A stretch of DNA of 63,714 nucleotides from Octopus bimaculoides. Lineage: Eukaryota. Position 1 is the stretch's first letter. Each line of letters starts with the position of its first letter. The stretch lies in assembly GCF_001194135.2 (NCBI RefSeq), contig NC_068988.1:41729418-41793131 (forward strand), given 5' to 3'. Below are positions 49,351 to 63,274 of the stretch, one piece after another. The position numbers were made by a program, and so were the translations under genes. Under the pieces are notes generated by a model. The model saw only the letters and a list, made by a program, of their open reading frames with translations, did no database searches and was not told the DNA's origin.

Positions 49351-49914
49351 TATGAAATAATAGGTTATGTATGAATATATGTATATGTATGTATGTGTAT
49401 AAATCAGTATTATGTTTAAATATATGTATGTATGTATGTATGTATGTGCGAAAATGTATGCGTATGCATATGTACAAATATAAGTTTATATATGTATGTG
49501 CGTGTATCTGTGTGTGCGTGCATGTGTGTATATTTGTGAGTGTGTGCATGTTTGTATGCATGCAAGTAGGCAGGCGGGTACGTCGATGCATGAATGGCTG
49601 AAAGGTTAAGAAGTTCTGTTTGCATCTAGAAGGTCAGTAGTTCGAATTTACGCCGCTTCATCTTAGGTAAATGCCTTTACGATATCCTACCGTCAACCCA
49701 AAGCGTGTAAATACATTTTGGAAAGCAGAAACGCTATAGAAGCCCTCTAGATTCCAATAATTGAAAGGTCCGATCAAGGAACACTTAAGTCACGCCGATT
49801 TTACGTGAAAATTATGTTAATTGCGTTCGTGTCTGTGGAATACTCAACTACTTTGCCCACTGTTTGAATGATAGCTTGTTATTAGTTATATTTATTCTTA
49901 AGATGGTGAACAAA

Positions 49915-50577
49915 GGTGGTGAGTTGGTAGAACCATTACGGTGCTGAACAAGATACTCAGCGGTATTTCATCCATCTTTGCATTCCGACTTTAAATTCCA
50001 TCGATGTCGACTTCATCTCTCTTCCTTTCAGTGTAACTAAGATAAATACCAGCTGAGAACTGGATTCCATGTAATCGAGTATCCACCGCCTCCACTAACC
50101 AAAATGTCGGCCCTTGTGTATATAGAAAGAATTATTACAGAGGCGAATTGACAAAATCGTTACCACGTCGGACAAAATGTTCAGCGTCATTTCTTCCGGC
50201 TTTACGGTCTGAATTCAAATTCCGCTGAGGTCGATTTTGCCTTTTATTGTTTTAAGGTCGATAAAATAACTACCAGTTGAATACTGGGTTTGATGTAATC
50301 GACTTACTCTCTTCCGCATAAATTCCTGGTCATGTGCCTACAGTAGACAGGATTATTAAGGCTGCAAACTGGCAGAATCGTTACCAGCATCTCTTCCGGC
50401 TTTACATTCTGAGTTCAAATACCACCTGGGTTGACTTCGCCTTTCAGTCTTTTGAAGGCGACTTTGCCGTTCATGTTTTCGAGCTCGATAATATAAGTAC
50501 TGGGGTGAATGTAATCCATTGTCTGCTTCTCTCCTCAAACTCGCTGGCCTCGTCCCAAAATTAGACAGGATTATTTA
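49915..50577 (+). mobile_element. Three head-to-tail diverged family-A SINEs
   Basis: Copies start at ~49915, 50140, 50358 and each ends TAGA(A/C)AG(A/G)ATTATT. Confidence 0.8.
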
Positions 50578-51503
50578 TAGTTGTTCTTTCTTCTTGTTAA
50601 ACAGTTTAAGCTAATCTGTTGCCTTGATTTGTTTCTAAAACATTTTCAATAATTTCCACCAAAAAGTTTAAAGAGATTTGTTTATATTTCAACTCGGTTA
50701 TCCCACTATTTACTTATCTATTACGTTCATTTGTTTCAATAATAATTATATCTTTTAATCTACACCCACTGCCACCTTTTTCGCCTCTATACTTATACAT
50801 AATTCGCCCCTATACCTTAACTAATCGTACAAAATGATTCTGTAAACATTGCTTCGAAAAAGATAAATATTGAAGTAAATACCTCTTTAGCTTTACACTT
50901 ACGGATTTCTAAACTTATGTATTACTTGTAGCACTCACATCCTAAATATGGCCATTTTTTGAAAGCAATTTGTCTTAATTTCCTTGTTACCTCTCTTAAA
51001 ATTACCTGTTATAATGTAACTAAACTACACCGACTATTTTTGATAACATTCATAAATATATTCCCCCTATTTTCTCACCATATGTAACTTTCCGTTACCA
51101 ATGCTACTCTATAACCAACGGAGACATGAGCGTGTTCGTGTTCGTGTGCGTATTATGTGAGTTACTTAAAGTTTTTAAACGTTATTTAGAAATCTTGAAA
51201 GAGTAAAGGTCACGAATAACTCGTGATTAAATACACAACAATTTGCTGCGTTATAAATTTGTATTGAGAACTTTCTCCAAGAATGTTTAATCTACCGAAA
51301 ACATTAATAGCAGTCTGGGTGTCATACACAAAATCGATTTAGTGAAAACCTAATTAATTCGTTCCGTGATTGCATCTCTTAAAGGTGTTCAGTTGCCTGT
51401 GAACACTTGCTACTGACCTAATTAAGATGAGACCTAATTAATTAAGATGTATCTGCTTTAGATTTGATACTGAGATGGCTATTTCAAACTAATGTTGATT
51501 CTA

Positions 51504-51570
<67 letters not shown>

Positions 51571-51634
51571 TAAAACATGTATCTTACATATGTATACATA
51601 TTTACATATAAGATACATATGTTTTACATATATA

Positions 51635-51665
<31 letters not shown>

Positions 51666-51740
51666 TATATGTGTGGGTGTGTGTGTGTGTGTAAAACATG
51701 TATCTTTTATATATATATATAAAATGTAACACGTATTGTT

Positions 51741-51808
<68 letters not shown>

Positions 51809-51838
51809 CAATCAGACGAACGGACGGACTGACGGACG

Positions 51839-51909
<71 letters not shown>

Positions 51910-51915
51910 GGACAG
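51741..51915. repeat. Compound tetranucleotide (TAGA)n-(GACG)n-(GACA)n
   Basis: Direct. Confidence 0.95.
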
Positions 51916-52206
51916 AGAGTGTTGAAACGAAGAAAGAAAGCAACCTCGCTGGAGAACCATTCTAGCCAGTTCATAACACACAAATCTCTTCCATTCATTA
52001 TAAATTAAATTTATTTTATACAGTATCAAAATTTTCTTTGTACTACTTTCATGAGCTTACTGACACAATTGTACTATAACTCTGTCAGTAGTGAGGAAGC
52101 AATTCTCAGACAAAAGTTTAAATACTTTATGAAATAGATTTAAATTTATAGCGAATTTAGTAGAATTGTGTTATATTTGATAACTAGAATGGTTCACAAA
52201 CACACA

Positions 52207-52259
<53 letters not shown>

Positions 52260-52309
52260 ATATCTGTATGTATGTATGTATGTATGTATGTATGTATGTA
52301 TGTGATGAA

Positions 52310-52427
52310 TGCTGACTGGTCCTCTTGTCTCCTGTCCAGCATTCTGATCCATGAAAGGACTTGACATTACAAATGTCATAAATGTCGCGCTTGCGGATGA
52401 TGACATAATCCAGCAAGTGCCAAACTT
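52310..52427 (-). mobile_element. RTE-clade LINE endonuclease C-terminal fragment (inverted)
   Basis: KVWHLLDYVIIRKRDIYDICNVKSFHGSECWTGDKR (cf. HWHLIDYVIVRxRD...GAECWTDHR). Confidence 0.85.
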
Positions 52428-52865
52428 TTAGCTGATATCTTGAGTATTGAGGCAGTGTTGCACAAGCACTGGTTACGTTGGACTGGACACCTTATTAGAA
52501 TGAAGGATAGCAGGATTCCTAAGCAGATGCTATATGGAGAACTTGTAAATAGAGGGAGACTCTAGCGGAAACCAATGCGGCGATTTAAGGACTGTGTCAA
52601 GTCCTCATTAAAGGCCTGCGATATACAGGACACTGACTGGGAGAGCAATGCCTGTCATCGCCACAGATGGAGGAAGCAGGTTAAGGAGGGGATCGACACT
52701 TTTGGGAGAGCACGTATCCAGCAGGAAGAACTTAAGCGAGCTGCGCGAAAGCGCACGGCTCGTATAGTGAATGGGGAAAGCTTAATCTGCAATGTTTGCA
52801 GTCGTGTATGCTTGTCAAGAGCAGGGCTCATTAGCCACCAACGGAGCCGCAAATGCAAAATATAA
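52428..52865 (+). mobile_element. RTE-clade LINE ORF 3' end with C2H2-like zinc finger
   Basis: LRWTGHLIRMKDSRIPKQMLYGEL...RKPMRRFKDCVKSSLK...RWRKQV...CNVCSRVCLSRAGLISHQR; one in-frame stop. Confidence 0.92.
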
Positions 52866-55286
52866 GTTAGTCCTAGAGCGCACNNNNNNNNNNNNNNNNN
52901 NNNNNNNNNNNNNNNNNNNNNNNNNNNNNNNNNNNNNNNNNNNNNNNNNNNNNNNNNNNNNNNNNNNNNNNNNNNNNNNNNNNNNNNNNNNNNNNNNNNN
53001 NNNNNNNNNNNNNNNNNNNNNNNNNNNNNNNNNNNNNNNNNNNNNNNNNNNNNNNNNNNNNNNNNNNNNNNNNNNNNNNNNNNNNNNNNNNNNNNNNNNN
53101 NNNNNNNNNNNNNNNNNNNNNNNNNNNNNNNNNNNNNNNNNNNNNNNNNNNNNNNNNNNNNNNNNNNNNNNNNNNNNNNNNNNNNNNNNNNNNNNNNNNN
53201 NNNNNNNNNNNNNNNNNNNNNNNNNNNNNNNNNNNNNNNNNNNNNNNNNNNNNNNNNNNNNNNNNNNNNNNNNNNNNNNATATATATATATATACAATTA
53301 CATAAATTTCACAATAACAGTCATTTATTCAAAATCGACAACGATATCCCATCATTATATGCTCCAAAATATTCTTTTGACACCTAGCAGTTCATTCGAT
53401 CCAACGGTGTTCATAGCGTCAAAAGAAATATTCAAACGCTGGGTGGGAGTTATAGAAAAGAGCAAAACCACGCGCATGTTTTTGTGGTGCAGTAGCCCAA
53501 CAACTTCTAATGCAATATGTTATGTACATTTTTCGAAGCAATAACATAAAAATGATATAAAAATAAAGGGGAAATAATTTTAATGAATCAAAAATTGTTT
53601 TGTATGTTATTTTGTATAAGTTATTTGCCTAAGCTTTTCAAATATATGCCGCTGGCCGTGTTGAATTATTTCTCTTGTTTAAATTATACAATTTACCTAG
53701 GCTATATATGCTTTCTTCTGTTTTTATATAATGTCCTTTCTACTGTGGTTACTGGAGAAAGGTTTAGGTTATATTTGTGCGAATGACGCCTATTGAGGCA
53801 GAAATACAAGTCTACGACTGTTCCCTTATCTCCTGACAACAAGCTTTGTCTTTTCCTTAACGGCCTCTCAACTCATAACATTTTTTTATTCTTGAGGTTA
53901 TCTCCCTTGTCTTTATTTGGAACTGGTCTTAACTGCCGTTTGGTAATTATGACACATCAACTAGAGGCGGAGACAATTGAAGTAAATCAAGAGTTTATGT
54001 TGCAACATAAAAATTAAACATGAAACCCTAAATGATTGATATCTAAAACTTCCTGCGATAAATGAGATTAGTAGGTTAGTAGGAGAAACAAGCATTAAAT
54101 TAATGTTTAAGGAAATTTTAAAATAACAGAATAAACATATAAATTACTGCTTATTAAACTTATGTATTAATGAATACCAAAAGGAAATTAAATGCAACGA
54201 AAAGGATATTACACTAATCTTAATTAAACTGTAAATAAATTAAAATTCATGAGTGATAACTATCACGTGTCGTATACAACAGCAACATCAATGCAATAAT
54301 TCATACGTCTTCCTAAACGACTCACAAAATACCGAGAAAAACAAGGGGAGATAAACAACAGAAGACATCATGAAACTTCCATTATCAAAATATGTATTCT
54401 GAATAATCAGTGAAATGATAAAGTCTTATTAACGTCTGAAAATTAATACTCTGAGGACGTTTCATATTGAACTGAAGCCCATTTCTTTTTTCAATAAATC
54501 ACTATGTATATCCGAACAGAGGAAGCTATTATGTAATAGTTATTAATAATAAACTTGCTTAACCATATGTTTCATCAAGCGTTTCACTCAATATATTTCT
54601 ACACACATACATAAATATATATGTGTGTATGTGTGCATGTGAGTGTGCGTGTGCGCTCGCCCGTGTGTGTGAGTGTGCGTGCATGTGAGCGTGCGTGCTT
54701 GTGTGTGTATGTATGTGTGTGTGTGTGTGTATGTGTGTGTGTGTGTGTGTATGTGTGTGTGTGTGTATGTGTGTGTAGACATATAAACATGGAAAATTTC
54801 AACGGAAAAATGACGAACCGCATTAATCGATTGTCGAACCTTATTGGATTCAACGATTATTAATTAGATGTATCATATAACGGCTGTGGAAAACATGTTA
54901 TACTTTATTCTAACTGGAATACAGGACTATGAGATTGTACTGAAGCTTTCTGGCAACTACAGCCATGAGTCTCATTGTAAACTTTCATCACCGAAACGTC
55001 TACATCATGTGCTACATCCACAACTACACCAATTCTGCATGCTTCCAAATCATTTAGATAGATTACAAAAATATGCAAGTTATATAAAAACAAACTCTAG
55101 CTAGAAACAAAATTATAGTCAATGTATCACACACACATACATAAGTATATATATTTCTATATTGTATATAAACATGCAAATACATGTACAAACATACATT
55201 CATACACACACAGGCACACACGCACCATTTAAGGCACTCAGTATTGAGATAAGACCTACTAATAGTTCCTTACCATGCAGACACCG

Positions 55287-55351
<65 letters not shown>

Positions 55352-56084
55352 CTATATAACTGTATGTATATATATATCTTCGTAGAAACATACATATATA
55401 TGTATATGTACATATTGGTAGCTAATGTAAAAGAGAGATACAAAGGTAGATGATCAATGTATGTTTGCATCCTTTTGAATGTGTGCATGTATGTTCGTGC
55501 GTGTGTGTGTATGTATGTGTGTGTGCGCGCGTGTGTGTGTGTGTGTGTGTGTATGCGCGTGCGTTGAAATGTGAGTGTTATATTCACTTGACCAGGCGCA
55601 TAATTCAATTCCTTGCTTTGAAACTGAAAGCGACCATATGCTATGTTCTAGAAATATCGATTCGAAACTAGCGTCTTACTTGGTCAGTTGATAACCGGTC
55701 ATAATGTTCTTTTTAAAAAGATGGCATTAGCCAGTTGGAGTGCATCCAAACGTAGATGTAGTGTTTTTGCCAAATTTATACTTATTAACGTTAGCTAGTG
55801 AGAAAATATTTCCCATGCTTAACACTTATCATCCGTCACCACTTGAATAAATACGGTTCATTTCGCCAATATCGGACGGTTTATTGGGTGAAGGTAAATA
55901 TCTTCGCGAGTGTAGCTTTTGTAAAGATATTTTTGGACAGGAAGTGTAACAAGAAGTTGTTATAAATTTGCCTTCATTATTTTCATAGATGCTTGACCTA
56001 GTGACTTGATGAAAGAAAGAAGTTGAAACAAAGATGAAGGATCTGTTACTAAAATATCTTCCTGACATCTTTCTCTACTCAACA

Positions 56085-56560
56085 ATGTAACCTCTACGTG
56101 GCTGCTCCACTTGTTAGAAATAGCAACTAAATCTCCCTGAATTAAAATTTTACAAAATAAAGACCATATCTGGTCCTTGATACACAGAATCGCAGTATGT
56201 CCACAGATGGAACACCTTTGATATTAGATTTGCTGAATTTGAACTGACCTGGATCTAAACAACAACAACTATAAAAACAGCATGCGTTTAATCTTTCTAT
56301 TTTTTATGATAAAAGTGCCTGGTCTTATGTTGCTGTCTTTGATATTGTTTAGCCTCCAATAAACCTTGATCCAGAAGAAATATGATCAGAAGTATTTCAA
56401 CTATGACCATCAAGGCATTTATTCAGACAAAGGCAACTTTTCAGAAGTTTGTATTGCTACATTGTACTCCTACTTGACTTACCTGGTGATCAAATACCTC
56501 TAATTAAATGTATAAGTAGGAGATGTAGCTATTTAGAAATAACCAGGGAACCTAGCAAAT
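56085..56560. mobile_element. Two diverged copies of another short repeat family in inverted orientation
   Basis: + copy ends GACCTGGATCTAAACAACAAC (~56270); the - copy begins TTGTTTAGCCTCCA (~56346). TAGAAATAGCAACTAAATCTCC (56114) mirrors GGAGATGTAGCTATTTAG (56519). Confidence 0.5.
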
Positions 56561-56808
56561 TACGTTTTCACAACGTACTCTAGCTAGAGATAACTGCATC
56601 ACATATGTAGTTTCATATGTGTTTGTTGAAAGGATGTGAAATAACTCTGATAAGATGCGGTAAAAAAACATTAAATGAAATATAATCAGATGACCTGACA
56701 GCTCGTGACACCATCACTTTCTTTTAAGAGTAATCAAATAACCCAAATTGAACAGTATAGTTTACTATAGTATAATTACTAGTGTAACAGCTACAGTGGG
56801 GGTTAAGA

Positions 56809-56921
<113 letters not shown>

Positions 56922-58184
56922 TTTGTGAGTTACAAGTGATGCTATCTGTGGGAGTCTCAGCTTTTTTAGCTGCTATTTCTGAACTTCGGTATATGGTAAA
57001 GCAAATATTTGCTGATCCCTTAATTATGTATATATATATATATTCATTTACTTTTTTATATGTTTCAGCCTTGGGGTTACAGCCATGCTGGGGCACCGCT
57101 ACATGTTCACACATCCATTTAGCCTTACTGTAAAATCAAGATTTTAGGATGAAGATCGAACCAACTAGTTATATCGTCGTCATGTAGCAATTCATTGAGA
57201 TTCGGTTATATCTCCCTTCCAAATTGCCAGTGACAACAGCTGAAGAATTCTGATTAAAATATAATCAAATATATGTCTAGACACAAAATTAACTTGCTCA
57301 GTGGCCCAATATTTACGACCAAACTACAATATACAGTATTACAGATATGTTTGTATATTACTATAATAATATTGGTCTCTAACGTAAGCACAATGTCTAT
57401 AAATTTGAGATGCATGAAGTCACTATAATCGACTCCAGCGCATATCAGGTGTTTTATTTATAAAACTCGAAAGAGTAAACAACAAAGACGAGCCAAAAAC
57501 AATGATTGACCTTAGAATGAAAGGGACATAACTGTTGTCAGAGATTTGTTAACAGCATTCTGCCAGCTCTGTTATCCAGAACCCTAGATACTATCATATT
57601 TTGGTCTTAAAGATACAGTTGCACAAAGCGATAATGGCTGCGTGGAGTTTTGATGCTTTGTAACCCCAGGTCAGATCTAACCGAGAAAGCTTCCAAATAA
57701 TCAGTCAATTGATTAAGCATCGACCCCCGGGTCTATTTTGCTTATTATACCATGTCTCCGTTTATCTGAGGGCTACCGGTGTGCAATGAGGAATCGCATA
57801 GACTGCAAAGAAACAAACTCCACATGTAAACCATCTCCAGAGATAAATCTATTTCTGTAGGCCGCATGATTGTTGTGATGGCCAAGATGGAGGTGCAATA
57901 ATTGGGTAACTAATTTACATTGCTACACTGGCGCAGAAACCTTGACCATTTCATCATCTTTCTTGGCACATTACGCTCAAGATTAATTTATCTAGTAAAT
58001 TTCTCTATTTTTAAAACGACAGAGTATTTGTTGAGTAAACTTTGGCTGTAATTTTGCCAGTAGAGACACTTTTATTGGCTCTGTTGGTGTTGCATATAGT
58101 CTGGAAGGACTCGATCAAAAAAACAAAACACTGCTTGCTGCAGGTCAAAGCAATTTTCTTGTGAAACTCTTGGTGGTGATGATA

Positions 58185-58690
58185 GGTTTTATATCATAAA
58201 CTGATTTAGACACCAAGCATCTACGCTCTATAGCCAATGATATCAAAGTCCTTCAGGTAAATTATGGGAGTATAACTATCATTTTCATAAATTGATATAG
58301 TCACTGAGTATTTAATCTTCTCTCTCCTAAAATACCATACTCCTTTAGGTCGGTGAAGGGATTCCATAAGGTAAGTTAGATAGATTTATGTGTAATACCT
58401 CCAGTCCTTTTCCCAAGAATGTCATATTTCTTCCAGAAGGCAAAGGTTTTTATCAGACAGTTACATAGATTGATATATTTTAACTCCTCTTTCTCCTATG
58501 AGGTCTTAATCTTTGGAGTTAACGAAGTGGGGTTATTAAGTCAGTTACATATCGTAGATTGGTTATAGACTGAGTATCTAAACTCCTCTTACCTAGGATA
58601 TATTTTTTGAGAAAGGGACCATCATTTATCAGGTCAATTACATGGTTTGTTATATACGTTGCTTGTGTAAACTCTTCTTCTACGATATTC
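58185..58690. repeat. Diverged tandem repeat, ~89-bp unit x6
   Basis: Recurring CATA(G/A)ATTG.TATA...(C)TGAGTAT.TAA.CTC.TCT-like motif starting at ~58195, 58286, 58379, 58464, 58553, 58641. Confidence 0.65.
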
Positions 58691-60499
58691 ACTCTATCGT
58701 GTACCAGTCAAGAGAGCAAGTTGCTCGTTCTTTCGAGCTTATCTGCTTCCCGCTTATGAATAATGTTTGAGACGCTAGAGATACTGTGTAAATACTTGGA
58801 TGTATTTTTCATAGACATATTGCAGTCTTTATGAGAACTGGGATGAATCTTCGCTATATTTTACCTCCTGATATAATTGTGGTGATGTTGTTATTTAATT
58901 TCAGGATAACTGATTGATCAAACTTATGATTATATATGGCCATTTGATTTTCTTTACCTTGGACAATACTACCTTAATATCATATATATTTTATGATACT
59001 GTGGCCTGATTTGAGAGGACAAGTTTGCTATTTCTTTTAAGTCGAGTGGCCGTGTATAGGATCCCTCCCTTATTCTGGTAAATGCCACTTATTAAAATTG
59101 GAGAGGCATGCAAGTTTTATGGAGTTTAAGTCAGAAAAAATTGAAATGAAAAACTTAAGAAAAAAAAACATATTACGTAAAACTGGGTTATCTTTGAAAT
59201 GTCTGTTGTAACTATTTAACGATTTCTACAACTCTCTGCTCGGTGTTTGAGTAACATACGAAAAGAAATTTTACATTCATGTAATGAATGCATTTAGGCG
59301 GGGGACACGAAAGGCTTTGGGGAGTCTATCCTTGGTCATATGCTATTGTCTGTGACCGGAAATCGCAAGTACAATTTTCCTGTTAAAACTCTTACATTAA
59401 TGTTACTAATGACATCGACACCACATGAAAATCCTTACAATCCTATTCGTCCTCACACCACCATCGACCCTTTCTCATTTAAAAAACCTTTTTTCATTTC
59501 GTTTTATTGTTTATTTCTTTATTTAGTTAGCTATTCAATGACTAAATAAGTCGATCGCTTTTGAGTTGATTTACCAGTGAGTCACCGCATTTGAGCCAGT
59601 TTGATTGAAGTCTGTTTAAGACATGACTGGCGAAGAGATGTGACGGTGAAGTGGAAGGGACGACATTATTGAATAATCAATCAAATGTATTACTCAACAT
59701 CAATATAATCAAAACCAGGCTTCCTTCTGACTCTGATTATGTCAGTCAATACTCAAAGTTAATTATCTGATCATATACAATTGCTAACTAGTGTCGAGAC
59801 AAGCTCTCTAACACAACATAGAATTGTATAGGTAATGTTTAGTTCCAGAAAAATCTTAATCAAACAGACCTATTATCATCGACGTTCCATTTATGACCCC
59901 CACACCTTTCTTATATCTAAAATTATCCTGTCTAATGCAGTCTTCTATTTTCGAAAAGTAGTGTGTGATTTGGATGTCATTTCTAACAAGTCGAGCGACC
60001 ACGTAGCAGTTACGTCGTAGACTCAATTGATATTTTTCGAGGTAGATTTAGTCAGTCATCTAGTTTAACATCACCACCACCACTGATACCACCATAACCA
60101 TTACCAGCACTACCAACACCACAACTAAAACCACCATCACCACAACAACCACGGCCACCACCACCAACCACAACCACTACCATCATCACCACATCGATTT
60201 TGGTACCTTTAGCAATGTTTCACTTTGTTACAAGCATTCGAACGAAGTTATCCTGTTACCTTGCTTTGTGTAGTGTTACTATTTTGTCAGAAATTGAAGC
60301 GGCTCGCCATTATTTGCCTGTCGTCAGATACAGCAGGGATCTGCCACCAGGCACAAACAGAGTCTGGCTTGATAAATAACACTTCAGTTACGGCTGCACT
60401 TGTAGACATGCTGTTTCGCCTGTTTGCTTCATTTACTAATCGTCTGAATACTATATACCATCTGATCCTTTCACCTATCTTTTCTTTTCTTTTCTATGA

Positions 60500-60950
60500 A
60501 ACCCAACCCCACAGCAAGCAACTTCTCCCAGTCTTTTCTCAGTGGAATTGTTATTACAATCTGCAGGAGTCCTCTCTGTGTGCTTGTTTTCAATCTATAT
60601 ACATCATTCTGAAGATATGCAACCTTGACATCATCTACATAATTCTGAAAAACCTGGGTGGCGTACAAGTAACATGGACACTGTCACACCTATAGCTGTG
60701 TATGAAAAATCGTTATTTGCAGTATGTACAGAGAGATCTGAAACGATTATTTGCTTATTTATTCTTAATACGACCAACGGGTCTCGGACGCAAAATAGGC
60801 TGGTCAACAAAGAGTACATCTTTGGAGGAAAACTTCTCCCTTTTATGGCGACAATTGTTTGTACAGCTTCTCACCTGTGAGGTACAGATTTAGGATGAAT
60901 CGAAACATTTGTAGTAGATTTGAATAAAGAAACTCGTGAATTCCATTTTC
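60500..60950 (+). mobile_element. Very degenerate Penelope-like 3' region
   Basis: CACFQSIYIILKICNLDIIYI (GIY-YIG-like spacing) and RLVNKEYIFGGKL, followed by CACCTGTGAGG...CGAAAC...AATAAA, a decayed ribozyme-like terminus. Confidence 0.35.
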
Positions 60951-61305
60951 GGAATATCTGATCTACTTAGATACATCCATGCATGCATTCATACATACAT
61001 ACATACATAGATACATACATACATACCTATATGTATATATATATATATATATNNNNNNNNNNNNNNNNNNNNNNNNNNNNNNNNNNNNNNNNNNNNNNNN
61101 NNNNNNNNNNNNNNNNNNNNNNNNNNNNNNNNNNNNNNNNNNNNNNNNNNNNNNNNNNNNNNNNNNNNNNNNNNNNNNNNNNNNNNNNNNNNNNNNNNNN
61201 NNNNNNNNNNNNNNNNNNNNNNNNNNNNNNNNNNNNNNNNNNNNNNNNNNNNNNNNNNNNNNNNNNNNNNNNNNNNNNNNNTATATATATAAATATACAT
61301 ACACA

Positions 61306-61455
61306 CGACAGGGTTCTTTCAGTTCCCGTTTACCAAATCCATTCACAAGGGTTTTGGTCAGCTATAGTAGAAGACACTTGTCCAAGGTGCCACGCAATAG
61401 AACTGAACTCAGAACCATATGTTTAGGAAGCAAACTTCTTGTCACACATCCACGC
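61306..61455 (-). mobile_element. Family-B SINE 5' half
   Basis: TTCTTTCAGTTCCCGTTTACCAAATCC...AGAAGACACTTGTCCAAGGTGCCACGC. Confidence 0.8.
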
Positions 61456-62677
61456 TATATATACATATATAGCAACAACCAGAATGCTTCAGCATACAAG
61501 AATATATTGATCAGTCTTCGCACAGCTCACAGCTGAACAAGAAATGTAAAATTTGACAATGTTCCAGTTCTGTTATTGATTTTGTAAACGTCCAAAGCAT
61601 TTACGTTAATTTGAAGAACATCCTCAATATAAAAGAGCAGAAATCTCTGTGGATTAGAAACAACAGGAAAGACTGTAACTATCCCAAATAATCTACGGCT
61701 TCATCATCTTTCAATGATATCATGATTATTAGTTATTTATTTTATTCAATATATATTGATTATTCAAGAATATAATTATGATTATTTCTGTGTCATGGTT
61801 ATTATATATATATATANNNNNNNNNNNNNNNNNNNNNNNNNNNNNNNNNNNNNNNNNNNNNNNNNNNNNNNNNNNNNNNNNNNNNNNNNNNNNNNNNNNN
61901 NNNNNNNNNNNNNNNNNNNNNNNNNNNNNNNNNNNNNNNNNNNNNNNNNNNNNNNNNNNNNNNNNNNNNNNNNNNNNNNNNNNNNNNNNNNNNNNNNNNN
62001 NNNNNNNNNNNNNNNNNNNNNNNNNNNNNNNNNNNNNNNNNNNNNNNNNNNNNNNNNNNNNNNNNNNNNNNNNNNNNNNNNNNNNNNNNNNNNNNNNNNN
62101 NNNNNNNNNNNNNNNNNNNNNNNNNNNNNNNNNNNNNNNNNNNNNNNNNNNNNNNNNNNNNNNNNNNNNNNNNNNNNNNNNNNNNNNNNNNNNNNNNNNN
62201 NNNNNNNNNNNNNNNNNNNNNNNNNNNNNNNNNNNNNNNNNNNNNNNNNNNNNNNNNNNNNNNNNNNNNNNNNNNNNNNNNNNNNNNNNNNNNNNNNNNN
62301 NNNNNNNNNNNNNNNNNNNNNNNNNNNNNNNNNNNNNNNNNNNNNNNNNNNNNNNNNNNNNNNNNNNNNNNNNNNNNNNNNNNNNNNNNNNNNNNNNNNN
62401 NNNNNNNNNNNNNNNNNNNNNNNNNNNNNNNNNNNNNNNNNNNNNNNNNNNNNNNNNNNNNNNNNNNNNNNNNNNNNNNNNNNNNNNNNNNNNNNNNNNN
62501 NNNNNNNNNNNNNNNNNNNNNNNNNNNNNNNNNNNNNNNNNNNNNNNNNNNNNNNNNAATCACTATTCTATTTTATATTCTAGTTTTATCTTCTCCATGT
62601 CATCTATTTTGCTCATTATTATTCAGCTTAATTGAACCATCTTCGATATTCGTTCAATGCAGCAGTATTTCGTGAAT

Positions 62678-63274
62678 AAAGGCGGCGAGCTGGCAGAAAC
62701 GTTAGCACGTCGGGCGAATTGCCTAGCGGTATTTCGTCTGCCACTGCGTTCTGAGTTCAAATACCGCCGAGGTCGACTTTGCCTTTCATCCTTTCGGGGT
62801 CGATAGATTAAGTACCAGTTACGCACTGGGGTCGATATAATTGATTTAATCCGTTTGTCTGTCCTTGTTTGTCCCAGTCTGTGTGTAGCCCCTTGTGGGC
62901 AGTAAAGAAATAGGTATTTCATTTGCCGTTACGTTCTGAGTTCAAATTCCGCCGAGGTCGACTTTGCCTTTCATCTTTTCAGGGTCGATAAATTAAGTAC
63001 CAGTTACGTACTGGGATCGATGTAATCAACTTAATCAATTTGTCTGTCCTTGTTCGTCCTCTCTATGTTTAGCCCCTTGTGAGCAATAAAGAAATACGAA
63101 ACATTAGCACGCTGAGCGAAATGCTTAGCGGTATTTCGTTTGTCTTTACGTTCTGAGTTCAAATTCTGCCGAGGTTGACTTTGCTTTTTATCCTTTCGGG
63201 ATCGATAAATTAAGTACCAGTTGCGTGGCCTCCTCCCACAAAATTTCAAGCCTTGTGCCTAGAATAGAAAAGAA
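62678..63274 (+). mobile_element. Trimeric family-A SINE flanked by a single 12-bp TSD
   Basis: TATTTCGTGAAT at 62666-62677 and 63275-63286; units start at ~62678, 62913, 63097. Confidence 0.88.

Noticed and set aside
58586-58620. Minus-strand TAG|GTAAGA fusion
   Set aside because: No continuous polypyrimidine tract, and it lies within the 89-bp tandem repeat.
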